From NCBI GenBank assembly GCA_050950825.1, contig JBMNIH010000004.1, positions 96,001 to 160,000 on the forward strand: 64,000 nucleotides of DNA, read 5' to 3'. The notes under the pieces are model-generated. The model was given only the letters and a program-made list of their open reading frames with translations, was not told where the DNA came from and made no database searches. Below, in pieces: positions 9,825 to 18,687 of this stretch (position 1 is the stretch's first letter; every line of letters begins with the position of its first letter). The DNA comes from Clostridia bacterium. GTDB taxonomy: Bacteria > Bacillota > Clostridia > JAAYHZ01. The translations under genes were made by a program, and so were the position numbers.

Positions 9825-9853
9825 AATTTCGTATCGGAAAGGGGCGTTGATCG

Positions 9854-11074
9854 ATGGGTAATTTTTTAGATCATTTTAATGATACGACCATTATTCTTTT
9901 ATCTTTATCGATAATTTTACTTGCCGGATTTTTGCTTACTCGTATTACGAAGCCGGCAAAGCTGCCCAATGTAACCGGATACATTATTTCGGGTATCTTG
10001 ATAGGACCGTATGTTTTGAATTTGATTCCGCGTAAAATGGTAGATAACATGGGGTTTATCAGCGACGTCGCTTTGGCTTTCATTGCGTTTGGCGTCGGAC
10101 GCTTTTTTAAAAAAGAAAATTTCCGAGAAACCGGATTTGGCGTTATTGTGATTACCTTATTTGAATCATTATTGGCAGGATTAATAGTAACCCTATCCGT
10201 GCATTATATATTTCACTTAAGCTGGAGCTTTTGTTTGCTCTTAGGAGCCATTGCGACGGCGACGGCGCCGGCAAGCACTATGGTCACAATTCGGCAATAC
10301 CAAGCACGCGGTAATTTTGTGAATACCTTATTGCAGGTTGTAGCATTTGATGACGCCGTATGTCTTATTGCTTTCAGCCTCGCTTCCGCTATCGTCAACG
10401 CGAATGTAGGAGAAACGATTTCTCCTTCTGAAATCATTATGCCCATTGTTTATAATATTGTTGCTTTTGCAATCGGGTTTGTGAGCGGTGCAATCTTAAG
10501 CAAGCTCATGACCCCGAAACGAAGCGAGGACAATCGATTAATACTAACCATCGCGCTTCTTCTTGGAATTGCAGGCCTTTGCGCCGCGGTCGATATTTCT
10601 CCCTTGCTTCCTTGCATGATATACGGTACCACCTATATCAACATGACAAAAGACAAGGAATTATATAAGCAGGTGGAAAGGTTTACTCCGCCCATACTGT
10701 CAATATTCTTCGTCGTATCGGGAATGAATTTTGATATCAGCGCATTCGATACCCTCGGAGTAATCGGCGCGGCCTATTTCATCATACGGATAGCGGGAAA
10801 ATATCTGGGCGCTTATCTGGGATGCACCGTAGCGAAAACCGCAAAGGAAGTAAGAAATTATTTGGGATTGGCTTTAATTCCTCAAGCGGGGGTAGCCATT
10901 GGACTCGCTTTTTTGGGCAGAAGAATTTTGTCCGACACCATGGGCAATATGCTTTTGACAATTATTTTATCATCCTCCATCTTGTATGAATTAATCGGTC
11001 CCGTATGCGCAAAGATTGCCTTGATGCGCTCCGGAGCAATAAAAACGGATGAGACGGCCATTGAAAAAAGATAG
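9854..11074 (+). CDS. Cation:proton antiporter (CPA2/NapA-like)
   Basis: Many TM helices; LPNVTGY, ATAPAST, FDD, PQAGVAIGL motifs. Confidence 0.9.
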   Translation: MGNFLDHFNDTTIILLSLSIILLAGFLLTRITKPAKLPNVTGYIISGILIGPYVLNLIPRKMVDNMGFISDVALAFIAFGVGRFFKKENFRETGFGVIVITLFESLLAGLIVTLSVHYIFHLSWSFCLLLGAIATATAPASTMVTIRQYQARGNFVNTLLQVVAFDDAVCLIAFSLASAIVNANVGETISPSEIIMPIVYNIVAFAIGFVSGAILSKLMTPKRSEDNRLILTIALLLGIAGLCAAVDISPLLPCMIYGTTYINMTKDKELYKQVERFTPPILSIFFVVSGMNFDISAFDTLGVIGAAYFIIRIAGKYLGAYLGCTVAKTAKEVRNYLGLALIPQAGVAIGLAFLGRRILSDTMGNMLLTIILSSSILYELIGPVCAKIALMRSGAIKTDETAIEKR

Positions 11075-11168
11075 ATACGGTTAAACCTCCGATGCTTTTG
11101 TACGGTTGACTGCTAAGCCGGGTTATGCTTAAATGTACGGAACCGTCTGTCGAATAGGAGCGCCTTCG

Positions 11169-11197
11169 AACATTCCGACGAGAATGCTCATAACATA
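11169..11197 (+). promoter_or_regulatory. Putative sigmaK-type sporulation promoter
   Basis: AACA-N16-CATAACATA matches (A/C)ACA-N16-CATANNNTA. Confidence 0.5.
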
Positions 11198-11232
11198 TTA
11201 ACATAATACAATTGTTTGAATATGGAGGCATT

Positions 11233-12165
11233 ATGCTATCGGGCACTGAGTTTATAAAGCAGTCTTTAAATCTGCACTTATTTTTCGGAAGGATTATGAA
11301 GGAGCATTCCTTTTTCCTTGAAGTTTCTTTCACGCCGAGAGATCCTAACTATACAAGGCAAGCGGATGCTTTTCGTATGGAATTCGACGGCCTTTTAAGC
11401 GAAGCCGTCTCTTTGGCGAACGGCACGGTGAGCAACGACGTTCTCCGCTCCGGCGAAGTAATTACCCCCTATACCTTAAATGCGGAAAAGGCAACCTCGT
11501 TTTATACGGGTATTCAAATACCGACCTCATTGACCCAAAGAGAAGCAAATCTTGCGGGGGACGGTTTGTCGGAAGGAAATCCGATGATCGAACGACGTGT
11601 ACATGCACTGAACCAAAGAGTAATTCTTGCTACAACCCAATTGATCGGATTCAAATCCGATATTTTGACCAACGTTCTAAACTGCAGGATGTTTACCTTT
11701 AACTACCCTCTTTTGATAACCCACATCATTCGTGAAGCGGAATTGTACGTAAAGCAGCTTCGCAGACTTCAAAACAGAGAAGCCGTTAATTGGGAAAAAG
11801 AAGCCTTGGATCTGGAGTTTTTCTGGAATCGGCAAATGGCGGAGCATGCGAAGTTTATCCGAGGACTGTTGGATCCTACGGAAAACGACCTGTTCGAGTT
11901 GGCCAATCGCTTTGGAATGGAGTTCGACCTTTTGACGGAAGAAGCAAAAGCGGCCATAGACGCCGCAGCTCCTTCGACTTATATTACCGACGACAGTTTA
12001 AGGGCAACGGAGGAACTGCGTAGCTTTAAAGAGCAGGGAACAAAAGGCCTTCTCTCTTGCGAAATTAGGTCTATTATTGTTCCCTTGTTAGGCGATCACG
12101 TGCTTCGTGAAGCCAATCACTACCTAAGACTCCTTCGGATGTTCAAGGGTGCCGAAGGTTCTTAA
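11233..12165 (+). CDS. DUF2935-family protein
   Basis: Duplicated FFxRxMxEHxxF and LxxHxxREA units; SD GGAGG before ATG 11233. Confidence 0.85.
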   Translation: MLSGTEFIKQSLNLHLFFGRIMKEHSFFLEVSFTPRDPNYTRQADAFRMEFDGLLSEAVSLANGTVSNDVLRSGEVITPYTLNAEKATSFYTGIQIPTSLTQREANLAGDGLSEGNPMIERRVHALNQRVILATTQLIGFKSDILTNVLNCRMFTFNYPLLITHIIREAELYVKQLRRLQNREAVNWEKEALDLEFFWNRQMAEHAKFIRGLLDPTENDLFELANRFGMEFDLLTEEAKAAIDAAAPSTYITDDSLRATEELRSFKEQGTKGLLSCEIRSIIVPLLGDHVLREANHYLRLLRMFKGAEGS

Positions 12166-12183
12166 AAAATCAAAAAAAACATG

Positions 12184-12217
12184 AATCCCTTACCGATACC
12201 GGTAAAGGGATTTTTTT
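12184..12217 (+). terminator. Intrinsic terminator
   Basis: AATCCCTTACCG/CGGTAAAGGGATT stem followed by a T-run. Confidence 0.75.
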
Positions 12218-12278
12218 ATAGGATCAATCCAATAATTGTTGATATATAAGTTTTTTATCTTATACTTATAATTAATAG

Positions 12279-12537
12279 CAGATCCGTAATGGAACCTTAT
12301 AAAATTTCCTTTACAGGGTGGGGAAAATGCGTATAAAGACCGGGATACTTGCAGGTCATGGAATCTTCTTAACAGGTGAACAGGGATAAAGATATGAAAG
12401 TTTAAGAATACCGATGACATTACTCATACGGATCCATATGAAAAGCAAGTAAATATTAATAATTCGCAGATGCGGATACAAGCCGGCTAAAGAGCGAGGA
12501 AAGGAATCTTATCCTTTCAATGCCGGCGTTATTTTTT
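12279..12537 (+). ncRNA. Candidate structured non-coding RNA of unknown family
   Basis: Promoter-like TTGATA..TATACT/TATAAT (12239-12272); long-range stem GATCCGTA/TACGGATC; internal hairpins; 3' hairpin GCCGGC..GAAAGGA..TCCTTTC..GCCGGC followed by T6. Confidence 0.3.
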
Positions 12538-12558
12538 GCTACTTTAAGTTGCAAAAAA
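12532..12558. promoter_or_regulatory. Palindromic operator upstream of the XRE-ARH gene
   Basis: TTTTTTGCTACTTTAAGTTGCAAAAAA, near-perfect dyad; TTAAAC-N17-TACAAT promoter-like element at 12575-12603. Confidence 0.5.
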
Positions 12559-12632
12559 AGATACTAAAAATCGGTTAAACGAGAGTGAAGAATGGTATAC
12601 AATGGAAGAAAGAAAGGACGGGGGTGTTTACA

Positions 12633-14219
12633 GTGGATATAGGGAGCAAGCTGTATGCGTTGAGAAGCAAGGTTAAGATGTCGCAGGAAGAACTTGCGGA
12701 AAAATTAAACGTTTCAAGACAAGCCGTTCAAAAATGGGAGAGGGGCATATCGAATCCGGACTTGGAGAATATCATTAAAATAGCAAAGCTATTTAGCGTA
12801 TCGGTAGACTCTCTGCTTTTTGACAGCAGCTTTCGGGAAACGGAGGAGTTGTACGGTGAAAAGGTGTTATTGCCTCGATTTGAAGCGATAAACGCATCGG
12901 AAAGCTACGAAGAGCTGCTTTTGATTGAGTACAAGCAGTCCATGGAAGAGGGAATCGATGTCGAAAAATACAAGGACTTATTCGAAGTCGTTCACGGGAT
13001 GCCGAGAGGTATGCATAAGGTTAAAATTGCCGATGTTTTGTTTGATATTGTAAGACATGCGCCGAAGAGAGGAGATTATGCATACGACGAACCGTCATCT
13101 CTTCATGAAATTCGACAAAAAAGCAAAGGGTACGCCGTAAAAAGCTTTTCGCCGGACGAGAATGCTTTGAAAAGCAAAATTGCCGGTGCATGGTACGGCA
13201 GAATATGCGGCTGCTTGTTGGGAAAGCCCGTGGAGGGAATTCGTACGGACGAGCTTCATCCGCTGCTCAAGGATACCGGGAATTATCCCATGAAAAGATA
13301 TATTTTGCGATCGGAGCTGACGGATGAAATTTTGGATAAATACAAATTCCGCCTGCGAGACCGGGCATATCCGGACACGATTTCATGCGCGCCCGTTGAC
13401 GACGATACGAATTACACCGTTTTAGGGCAAATGATCATCGATAAGTGCGGAAGAGATTTTAAGCCTTCCGATGTTGCAAAGGCATGGCTGGAATCACAGC
13501 CGAAAAACGCGTATTTTACGGCGGAACGGATGGCTTACCTAAATTTGACCAACGGGTATGAGCCGCCTCATTCCGCATTGTACAAAAATCCGTATCGAGA
13601 ATGGATCGGGGCACAAATCCGAGCGGACTATTACGGATATATCAACCCGGGCCACCCCGCTATGGCGGCGGAGATGGCTTGGAAAGACGCATCCGTTTCT
13701 CATATCAAAAACGGAATTTACGGAGCCATGTTTGTTGCCGCGATGATCGCCGCCGCGGCAGCGGAAGAGGACATGAAGGAAATCATTCGTGCAGGCTTAT
13801 CTCAGATCCCCGTAAATTCAAGGCTGCATAAGGAGACGGAAGCTCTTCTTTGTGATTACGAAAACGGAATGACGCAAGAGGAATGCTTTTCGAAAATCCG
13901 GCGAAAATACGACGAATTCGACAAGCATGATTGGTGCCATACTCTATCCAATGCATTGATCGTAACGGCCTCCCTGCTGTACGGAAAGGACGATTACGGA
14001 AAATCCATTTGCATGGCGGTACAAGCCGGGTTCGATACCGACTGCAACGGAGCGACGGTAGGTTCCGTTTTAGGGATGAAAAACGGAATAGACAGTATCG
14101 ATGCGTATTGGATGCGTCCTTTGAACGGAGAGCTGACGACTTCCATATTCGGAGTCGGAAAAGTAAAGATCGCGGAATTGATCGAGAAAACGATGACGCA
14201 TATCAAGGTAGAATTCTAA
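12633..14219 (+). CDS. XRE/Cro-C1 HTH fused to ADP-ribosylglycohydrolase (ARH/DraG family)
   Basis: N-term MSQEELAEKLNVSRQAVQKWERG..PD; C-term GCLLGKPVEG, VDDDT, WIGAQIRAD, SH..NG, GFDTDCNGA; GTG 12633 after GGGGGTG. Confidence 0.9.
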   Translation: MDIGSKLYALRSKVKMSQEELAEKLNVSRQAVQKWERGISNPDLENIIKIAKLFSVSVDSLLFDSSFRETEELYGEKVLLPRFEAINASESYEELLLIEYKQSMEEGIDVEKYKDLFEVVHGMPRGMHKVKIADVLFDIVRHAPKRGDYAYDEPSSLHEIRQKSKGYAVKSFSPDENALKSKIAGAWYGRICGCLLGKPVEGIRTDELHPLLKDTGNYPMKRYILRSELTDEILDKYKFRLRDRAYPDTISCAPVDDDTNYTVLGQMIIDKCGRDFKPSDVAKAWLESQPKNAYFTAERMAYLNLTNGYEPPHSALYKNPYREWIGAQIRADYYGYINPGHPAMAAEMAWKDASVSHIKNGIYGAMFVAAMIAAAAAEEDMKEIIRAGLSQIPVNSRLHKETEALLCDYENGMTQEECFSKIRRKYDEFDKHDWCHTLSNALIVTASLLYGKDDYGKSICMAVQAGFDTDCNGATVGSVLGMKNGIDSIDAYWMRPLNGELTTSIFGVGKVKIAELIEKTMTHIKVEF

Positions 14220-14235
14220 ATATTATTTCATTTAA

Positions 14236-14269
14236 AAAGACGATTCGGATAAAAAGCCGGATCGTCTTT
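14236..14269. terminator. Bidirectional terminator
   Basis: AAAGACGATTCGG/CCGGATCGTCTTT between convergent genes. Confidence 0.7.
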
Positions 14270-14277
14270 CGTTATCT

Positions 14278-14706
14278 TTAGAGAAAATTTTTCAACTGCC
14301 GGACATTATTTTCCTCAAATTTAAGGAGCCTGTCCATTAGGTCTCGAATGCTCGGCTCCGCGTCCTCGTACTTTCTAAGATTTTTTATCGCGTTTATGAT
14401 TCCCATGTTGCTGCCGATGATAAGCATTTCCGCGATATGGGAGGAGGATCGGTCCGTCAGGGTTTGCAAATTAACCATAAAATACGTTCGTATTTGCTCA
14501 AAAGCGCTTAACCCTTTTTCATCGTATCCCGCCTTGTTAAGTGCATTTTTTGCAGCCGTATGAATTTCTTGATACTCTCTTAACTGCGATTCCAAATGCC
14601 TTTTAAACTCGTCGTCTTCGGCTATATCAATCAATTGGCTGATGGTATTGACGCCCATTTGGGAATTTTGATAAACGAAATTTAATAGCTCCGCATTTCC
14701 GTTCAT
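14278..14706 (-). CDS. Conserved hypothetical four-helix (ferritin-like) protein, probably sporulation-associated
   Basis: All-helical; YQNSQMG, SSSHIAEMLIIGSNMG, FEENN; SD GGAGAG before ATG 14706. Confidence 0.7.
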   Translation of the reverse strand: MNGNAELLNFVYQNSQMGVNTISQLIDIAEDDEFKRHLESQLREYQEIHTAAKNALNKAGYDEKGLSAFEQIRTYFMVNLQTLTDRSSSHIAEMLIIGSNMGIINAIKNLRKYEDAEPSIRDLMDRLLKFEENNVRQLKNFL

Positions 14707-14731
14707 TGACAACACTCTCCTTTGTTTTCTT

Positions 14732-14761
14732 TAGTGTTTCCCGCATAAATCGAGATTATTC
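14732..14761 (-). promoter_or_regulatory. Putative sigmaF/sigmaG forespore promoter
   Basis: Minus strand GAATA-N15-GGAAACACTA; -10 matches GGNRANANTW. Confidence 0.5.
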
Positions 14762-14860
14762 ATAAAGGATATACTATATTGTCATTTTCCCACGGTTGAA
14801 AAATTGATATATAATGGCTTAGAAAGAAGCAAGTAAAAAGTAAGAAAGAGGCATAAAGAA

Positions 14861-15544
14861 ATGGATAAAAGTACGTTCCGGTGGCTTCATGAGTCGATGG
14901 AACCTCTATGGGGGAGGCGTAAGGATGCGAACTATGTTGCTTCCATTATACCGAAGGGATTTTTAGCATATGCTCGAATTCTTCATCCGGCATACGAAAA
15001 AGGAAGCAATCGTGAAATATCTTGGAGTGAAATGGCTAAATATTCTTCAAAGCAAGCTCATGCCGAAATGCAGTGGCATCAAATTACCGCAGCGAAATCC
15101 GAAAGTACGGATATAATACCGCCGATAATCGGCAGCTTGCCGGAAAAACAAACGAAGATATTGGCGGATATTTTGAGAAAACATACCGAAACGCCTTCGG
15201 AAATCTATTTCGCTCTTTGGGAGGGCTTAGGCTTGGATTTTTCAAAAACACCGTGGAAAAATGCGGAGAAATTGGAGCTTTCGAACCGACACTATTACGT
15301 TATACAAAGCACCTTGGATGCCGTAACGGAGCTATGTACCTTCGAATATTTTCAAAGTCCCGGCCTATGGTGGCCGAAGGACCGTGCATGGTGTACGGCT
15401 ACGGACATTGACCTTATGTGCACCTATGTAGGAGGAAAAAAATCTTGTATCGAAATGATCCTCAAAGATAAGCGGTTGGAAGCCTTCCCCGCCAACCCGA
15501 ACCATCGGGTGGATAGGGAGGGCGATCCAATCAACGGGTCTTAA
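14861..15544 (+). CDS. Hypothetical protein
   Basis: 227-aa ORF with SD GAGG, upstream promoter-like elements and a downstream terminator; motif-like blocks PKGFLAYARILHP and SPGLWWPKDRAW. Confidence 0.75.
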   Translation: MDKSTFRWLHESMEPLWGRRKDANYVASIIPKGFLAYARILHPAYEKGSNREISWSEMAKYSSKQAHAEMQWHQITAAKSESTDIIPPIIGSLPEKQTKILADILRKHTETPSEIYFALWEGLGLDFSKTPWKNAEKLELSNRHYYVIQSTLDAVTELCTFEYFQSPGLWWPKDRAWCTATDIDLMCTYVGGKKSCIEMILKDKRLEAFPANPNHRVDREGDPINGS

Positions 15545-15568
15545 TACGAGACGGTTATGGCATGAAAA

Positions 15569-15596
15569 AAGCCTATCCGTAAAAAAGGATAGGCTT
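15569..15596. terminator. Terminator between convergent genes
   Basis: AAGCCTATCC/GGATAGGCTT. Confidence 0.7.
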
Positions 15597-15620
15597 GCTT
15601 CTTAAACGAAAGGTTTTGTT

Positions 15621-17771
15621 TTACGGTAAACCCATAAGGCGTACCGTCTGGGTCACAAGAAAGCAAATCGAAAGGCCTATGACGGTAGGAATGAAAAACG
15701 AGAAAACCGTCCATTTCAAGCTTTGGGTTTCTTTCTTTATGGTCCACAGGGTGGTGCCGCAGGGAAAATGAAACAAGGTAAAAAGCATCACGCATACGCC
15801 GGTAAGCCAGGTCCAGCCGTTTGCAACGAAAAGACTCTGAAGCTCCTCAAGAGAGCTTAATTCCATAAGGGAGCCTTGGGACAGGTAGCCCATGATGATA
15901 ATGGGGATCACGATTTCATTGGCCGGCAAACCGAGGAAAAAGGCCAATAGAATGATTCCGTCCATGCCGATAAGCCTGCCGAAAGGATCCAAAAAGGCGG
16001 CCGTATGAGCCAAAAGGCTTTTGTCCGCAACGGTTAAATTGGCCATAATCCAAAGAACAAGACCCGCCGGAGCGGCTATGGTAACGGCGCGTCCCAACAC
16101 AAAAAGGGTACGGTCAAAAACCGATCGTACGATAATGCGCCCGATGGGCGGCTTTCGGTAGGGAGGAAGCTCCAAGGTAAAGGAGGAAGGCAGTCCCTTC
16201 AGTACGGTTTTAGACAGTATGCGGGATACCGTCAGCGTCATAAAGATACCCAGCAAGACGGTGCCGGTAAGGGCGAAAACGGCCGCCGCCGATTGAAAAG
16301 CACCGCCTATCGCTCCCCCTATAAATACGGTACCGATGGCGATTAAGGTAGGGAACCGCCCGTTGCAGGGCACAAAGTTATTGGTTAGAATGGCGATCAG
16401 CCTTTCCCTCGGGGAATCGATGATCCGACAGCCGATCACGCCGGCGGCATTGCATCCGAAGCCCATGCACATGGTCAGCGCCTGTTTCCCGTGGGCACAA
16501 GCTTTCTTAAAGTAGTTATCCAAATTAAAAGCCACTCTCGGAAGGTAGCCTAAATCCTCCAGGAAAGTAAACAAGGGAAAGAAGATGGCCATAGGCGGAA
16601 GCATCACCGATACGACCCATGCCACGGTGCGGTATATGCCGAGAACCAATAAATCGTGAAGCCATAACGGGAAATGAAGCTTCAAGAAAAATTCCGAAAG
16701 CCTCTCTCCGATGCCGAAAAGAAGGCTTCCGAGAAATTGAGACGGTATGTTGGCTCCCGCTATCGTTATCCAAAACACCAGTGTCAAAAGCCCCAGCATG
16801 ATGGGAATGCCGAAGATTTTGGATGTAAGAATGCCGTCGATTTTCCTGTCCAGCCGGTTATACTGCTTATCTTGAAAGGTCACGGCCTTTTTGGCGATCT
16901 CTTCTCCTCTCAGCACCAGAGCGGATACGACGGTATCCTGCAAGCGGCAAAGAGGAAGTCCGTTTTTCTCCATATGCTCCTTCGCTTTTGCAAGAAGCTC
17001 TTGGAGCCCTTTGTCTTCCATAAGGTTAAAGCCTAAAAAGCCTTCAAGAGAGGTTAAAAGGGATGAATCCGGGTCGAGAAGCTGCAAGGAAACCCATCGG
17101 CTGTCGATCTTGTCTTTTACAAGCTCGGCTACTTTCGGACGGACCGTATCGATTGCCTGTTCAATCCTTTCGTCATAGAGGACTTTATAGGGTGTAGTTT
17201 TTATCCTTCCATGGGCGATATCATAAACGGCATCCATTAATTCTGCAAGGCCGATATTTTTTCTCGCTACGGCGGGTACCACGGGTACCCCCAAGCATTC
17301 GGAAAGCTTTTGAAAATCAATCCGGATTTTCTTTCTCTTGGCCTCATCGATGAGATTGACGCAAACTACAACCTTGTCGGTTATCTCCAAGGTTTGTAGA
17401 ACCAAATTCAAATTTCTTTCAAGGCAGGTGGCATCGGTGACGATGATTACGGCGTCCGGCTGCCCGAAGCAGACGAAATTTCTGGCCACCTCCTCTTCTA
17501 CGGAATTGGCCATCAGGGAATAGGTGCCCGGAATGTCGACCATAATAAAATCGGTATCCTTGTGCTTGTATTTCCCTTGGGCATTGGTAACGGTTTTGCC
17601 CGGCCAATTGCCGGTATGCTGCCTTAGACCTGTCAAGCCGTTAAACAAGGTGCTTTTTCCCACGTTCGGGTTGCCGGATAGGGCAATAACCTTATCATAG
17701 GGGGTCTTCATTTCTATGTAGAGCTCGTTTTCCGGCTTTCCCGATAAGACAGGTTCTTTTATTTGCTTCAT
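15621..17771 (-). CDS. feoB: Ferrous iron transporter FeoB
   Basis: G1 GNPNVGKS, GNWPGKTV, DIPGTYSL, NLID; membrane domain with GFGC, PCNGR, ELPPYR. Confidence 0.97.
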   Translation of the reverse strand: MKQIKEPVLSGKPENELYIEMKTPYDKVIALSGNPNVGKSTLFNGLTGLRQHTGNWPGKTVTNAQGKYKHKDTDFIMVDIPGTYSLMANSVEEEVARNFVCFGQPDAVIIVTDATCLERNLNLVLQTLEITDKVVVCVNLIDEAKRKKIRIDFQKLSECLGVPVVPAVARKNIGLAELMDAVYDIAHGRIKTTPYKVLYDERIEQAIDTVRPKVAELVKDKIDSRWVSLQLLDPDSSLLTSLEGFLGFNLMEDKGLQELLAKAKEHMEKNGLPLCRLQDTVVSALVLRGEEIAKKAVTFQDKQYNRLDRKIDGILTSKIFGIPIMLGLLTLVFWITIAGANIPSQFLGSLLFGIGERLSEFFLKLHFPLWLHDLLVLGIYRTVAWVVSVMLPPMAIFFPLFTFLEDLGYLPRVAFNLDNYFKKACAHGKQALTMCMGFGCNAAGVIGCRIIDSPRERLIAILTNNFVPCNGRFPTLIAIGTVFIGGAIGGAFQSAAAVFALTGTVLLGIFMTLTVSRILSKTVLKGLPSSFTLELPPYRKPPIGRIIVRSVFDRTLFVLGRAVTIAAPAGLVLWIMANLTVADKSLLAHTAAFLDPFGRLIGMDGIILLAFFLGLPANEIVIPIIIMGYLSQGSLMELSSLEELQSLFVANGWTWLTGVCVMLFTLFHFPCGTTLWTIKKETQSLKWTVFSFFIPTVIGLSICFLVTQTVRLMGLP

Positions 17772-17788
17772 AAAAAGAATCCTCCTTG

Positions 17789-18031
17789 TCAGCGAAGCTC
17801 AACCATGATTTTGCTCGCCTCTTCCGAACGCAAAGCGATGACGGCTCCGCGAACGCAGTATGCGGTAGGATCACCGGAAGGACTCCTTTGAAGGGCTTCT
17901 ACTAATGTGTCGGTTACGAAGCCTAAATCCAACATTCTTCTTCTTGATATGCCGTCGGAAGAAAGGGATTTGACTTTTCCGAATCGACCTTTCGGTAAAA
18001 AACTTAAGGGTATAAATCCTTTGTCAAGCAT
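17789..18031 (-). CDS. feoA: Ferrous iron transport protein FeoA
   Basis: RRMLDLG..SPSGDP..RGAVIALR; directly upstream of feoB. Confidence 0.95.
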   Translation of the reverse strand: MLDKGFIPLSFLPKGRFGKVKSLSSDGISRRRMLDLGFVTDTLVEALQRSPSGDPTAYCVRGAVIALRSEEASKIMVELR

Positions 18032-18124
18032 TGTTAACCTCCGATAAAAGTATTGTCTATGTACGTATCTAACGCATCCATTACAAAACGGTTCTTAGGG
18101 GTGTGAAAAAGTTTTTCCCTACAC

Positions 18125-18153
18125 TAACATATGAAAAATATATTCCTTGTGTT
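18125..18153 (-). promoter_or_regulatory. Putative sigmaK-type promoter for feoAB
   Basis: Minus strand AACA-N16-CATATGTTA. Confidence 0.5.
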
Positions 18154-18207
18154 CCGAATATAATGAAACGGGGGAAAATTTTGTTGACATAAAAGAAAGG
18201 GTCCGAC

Positions 18208-18687
18208 ATGGGAAAAAAAGAGTTTTATACGGTAAGGGGATACCAGCTCCTTTTACAGAACAAAAAGTCGTTGTCCTCGGCGATGGAAGATTATCTTGAA
18301 ATGATTTTCCGAACCGGCAAGCAGGAAGGCATCGTGCGTATCGGCCGGTTGGCGGAGCTTTTGAATGTAAAAGCATCGTCGGCTACCAAAATGGTTCAAA
18401 AGCTGGGGGAGTTAGGCTTGGTTCGCTACGAAAGATACGGCTTCATCGAGCTTACGGAAGACGGAAAAAACGTAGGAGAATATTTGTTGTACAGGCATAA
18501 CGTCATAGAAGGATTTTTAAAGCTGATCGGAATCAAAGAGAATTTATTGGTTGAAACGGAGCTCATCGAACACAATATCAGTCCCGAGACACTGAAGAAA
18601 ATGAAAATATTGACGGACTTTCTTGACGGTATGCAAGAAATCAAAGAGAGCTTTGAAAGGTTTAAAAAAGAACGAGAAGAAGAATAG
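18208..18687 (+). CDS. DtxR/MntR-family metal-dependent regulator (no SH3 domain)
   Basis: SAMEDYLEMI, LAELLNVKASS, RHNVIEGFL, ELIEHNIS; divergent from feoAB. Confidence 0.92.
   Translation: MGKKEFYTVRGYQLLLQNKKSLSSAMEDYLEMIFRTGKQEGIVRIGRLAELLNVKASSATKMVQKLGELGLVRYERYGFIELTEDGKNVGEYLLYRHNVIEGFLKLIGIKENLLVETELIEHNISPETLKKMKILTDFLDGMQEIKESFERFKKEREEE

Noticed and set aside
12279-12537. 6S RNA, raiA RNA or a known riboswitch as identity of this element
   Set aside because: No long rod with central bubble and none of the conserved motifs I know; left as unknown
18095-18128. Definite DtxR/MntR operator
   Set aside because: Dyad too imperfect to call as a feature; mentioned only as a candidate
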